A stretch of DNA of 63,422 nt, the filler included, from Reticulomyxa filosa (lineage: Eukaryota > Protista > Foraminifera), in the NCBI GenBank assembly GCA_000512085.1. It is 26 parts of 26 records of this genome, joined end to end, with 100 filler letters (N's around TTAATTAATTAA, not from the genome) between each part and the next. Parts side by side here need not be neighbours in the genome. Positions count along the whole stretch, not along the records: positions 58,781 to 61,887 come from ASPP01000208.1; positions 61,988 to 63,422 come from ASPP01027526.1; 24 more parts are not named here. One strand, given 5' to 3'. Both the position numbers and the translations under genes were made by a program. The notes under the pieces are model-generated. The model was given only the letters and a program-made list of their open reading frames with translations, was not told the DNA's origin and made no database searches. Below, in pieces: positions 61,567-63,422 of the stretch (the first letter of the stretch is position 1; each line of letters opens with the position of its first letter).

Positions 61567-63422
61567 GAAACAAAAGTAAAAGTTGATGTTGTAAAGTTAT
61601 GGAAATGTTAAGATTTATTGTAATCATCAATCCATAGACAGCAAAGTCATTTGATTGCCGTCTTTGTCACTACACAGTGTCCGTCTAATGTAGCATGATT
61701 TGTACTCACAGATAAACTCGCATTTGTTTTTGAGTGTAAGCTTTTTGTTCATAATCTCCACAAATGAGGATTTCGACAGCAAAGATGTTATTTTACATTG
61801 ATATTGTTTTGTTTGATTAATAAAACAAAAAAAAGTCACATTTTAAAAAAAATGAATAAAACTTTCTGTTGTGTTGGTAATATAAAANNNNNNNNNNNNN
61901 NNNNNNNNNNNNNNNNNNNNNNNNNNNNNNNTTAATTAATTAANNNNNNNNNNNNNNNNNNNNNNNNNNNNNNNNNNNNNNNNNNNNTTTTTGTCGCTTC
62001 ACAAAAGTGCAATATCTAAATAAATAAAAATTACAAAGTGCATCATTTAGAAAACTTTCACACAAATGATTTGATACAAAATGTAAAGGCCAATTTTTAA
62101 AACAAAATATATAAAGAAAAAGTCGTTCGGCAGATATAACCTACGTCATATCATATCGTATTGCAGACAAGCATAGATTTAGTCTTATGATTTTTAATAA
62201 CATCATTTTGAAAATTAATTAAATCATAATAAAATCTTTGTTGTTCTGTTGTGTGTTGTAGAATAACAAAAAAATTCTAATAGTGAGTTTGTAATAAGAT
62301 TAAATTTTTTAATTATTTTATCAACTTCAAATGCATAAGATGAGTGATTAATATTTGAAAATACAATATGTGAGAAAGTATTTCATAAATTGATTGTTTT
62401 CTTTTTCTCGATTTTGAAGTTTAATGGACCACAGACTGTATAAAAAAATAATTTATGTAATTGAAAAAAAAATGATTAATCTCTTCTGAGCGATGCCATT
62501 CATTTTGATAAACGACACATGTCCTTTCATTTCTCTTGTATCACATTGAAGGGCAATGCATTTGTCTGTTTATCTCAATAGAGAATGTTGCAAGGATATT
62601 TTACAATGATTGGAAAAGTAGTGAAGAAGGAAGAGTTGGTGTATGTTAAAGTGTGATGAAGAGGAGACAGCCACTTGAGTTAAGAATCTCTTTCAATAAA
62701 TGATGTCACTTTGAAAGAAAAGATTGTGAAGAAAAAGGCTATAACAATAATATTATAAATCTCTGCAAATGCTTTCTTGCAAACCATGATTTCCTGTTTG
62801 GAAAAGAAAATAAGGTAAATTAAAAATAATACTTTAAAAAAAGGCAGACAAATATTGGAATAAGAAGAAACAATGAACATTAGCTCAAGATCTTTTTTAT
62901 GTTATGAAGAATTAACTATTGACTGATTTTTCTCTTTTCATTCAAGAACGAATGTAATCCATATATATGTATATACAAAAACAATTTGGAATTGTATAAC
63001 AGATAAATTTTGTGTAGTTTTTATGATTAGACACCACATCAAACACTTAAAAACGAAAAGGGTGTCAACAATAAAAAAACATTCAAATCTCTCTCCAAAT
63101 ATTACCAGTTTCGACTTTGTTTGACGTTTATGTTTCAACAATGGGAGAAAGAAAAAAAAAAGACAATAATGAATTAACACAATTTTTAAATAACTAACTA
63201 TCAATCACAACAACGACAGCAGAAAAAAAAGACTGCACGTGCATCGGAATTGTGCAAAGGAAGACAAAGACATGACGAGAGAGGTGATAAAATGTACGCT
63301 GAGATGGATGGAAAAGTGCGACAAGAACAAAAACAACATAAAAAAACAGAGCCAACAAAAAGAAAAAGCGACTAATACACAAAACAGCAATAATAATAAT
63401 GACAATTGCAATGATAATTATT

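Overview
This window is not one locus. It is 26 short, unlinked contigs joined by 25 identical artificial 100-nt spacers (N44-TTAATTAATTAA-N44). Twenty-four contigs are AT-rich eukaryotic DNA with GT-AG introns. Their hallmark WD40 family (WDIRSGQQIQVFNGH), plus kelch and TPR pseudogenes, points to the foraminiferan Reticulomyxa filosa or a close relative (inference, no search run). Two contigs are GC-rich bacterial DNA: a NIDO/Calx-beta surface protein and a class I fumarate hydratase. Recognisable eukaryotic genes are mostly partial: cathepsin L-like protease, TBC-TLDc protein, LSm6, a C2H2 zinc-finger protein missed by the ORF track, Sey1/RHD3, a USP, AMACR with PTS1, exportin-1, Na+/K+-ATPase alpha, CCT5, a CaMKK-like kinase, and WWE, PX, secreted kelch and RanBP2-finger proteins. 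Best system-level signals: (1) WD40 paralogues are near-identical in DNA except at the GH-x-x-x-V-x and SGS-x-D-x codons, the propeller top-face positions that are hypervariable in fungal HNWD non-self receptors. (2) A ~30-aa motif is shared by the WD40 N-terminus and the kelch-family C-terminus, suggesting a diversified receptor/adaptor repertoire with a common docking module. (3) Introns often have A-rich rather than pyrimidine-rich 3' ends and many inverted repeats, including one acceptor AG in a hairpin loop. No rRNA, tRNA or CRISPR array was seen. All calls come from manual reading and exon boundaries are predictions.
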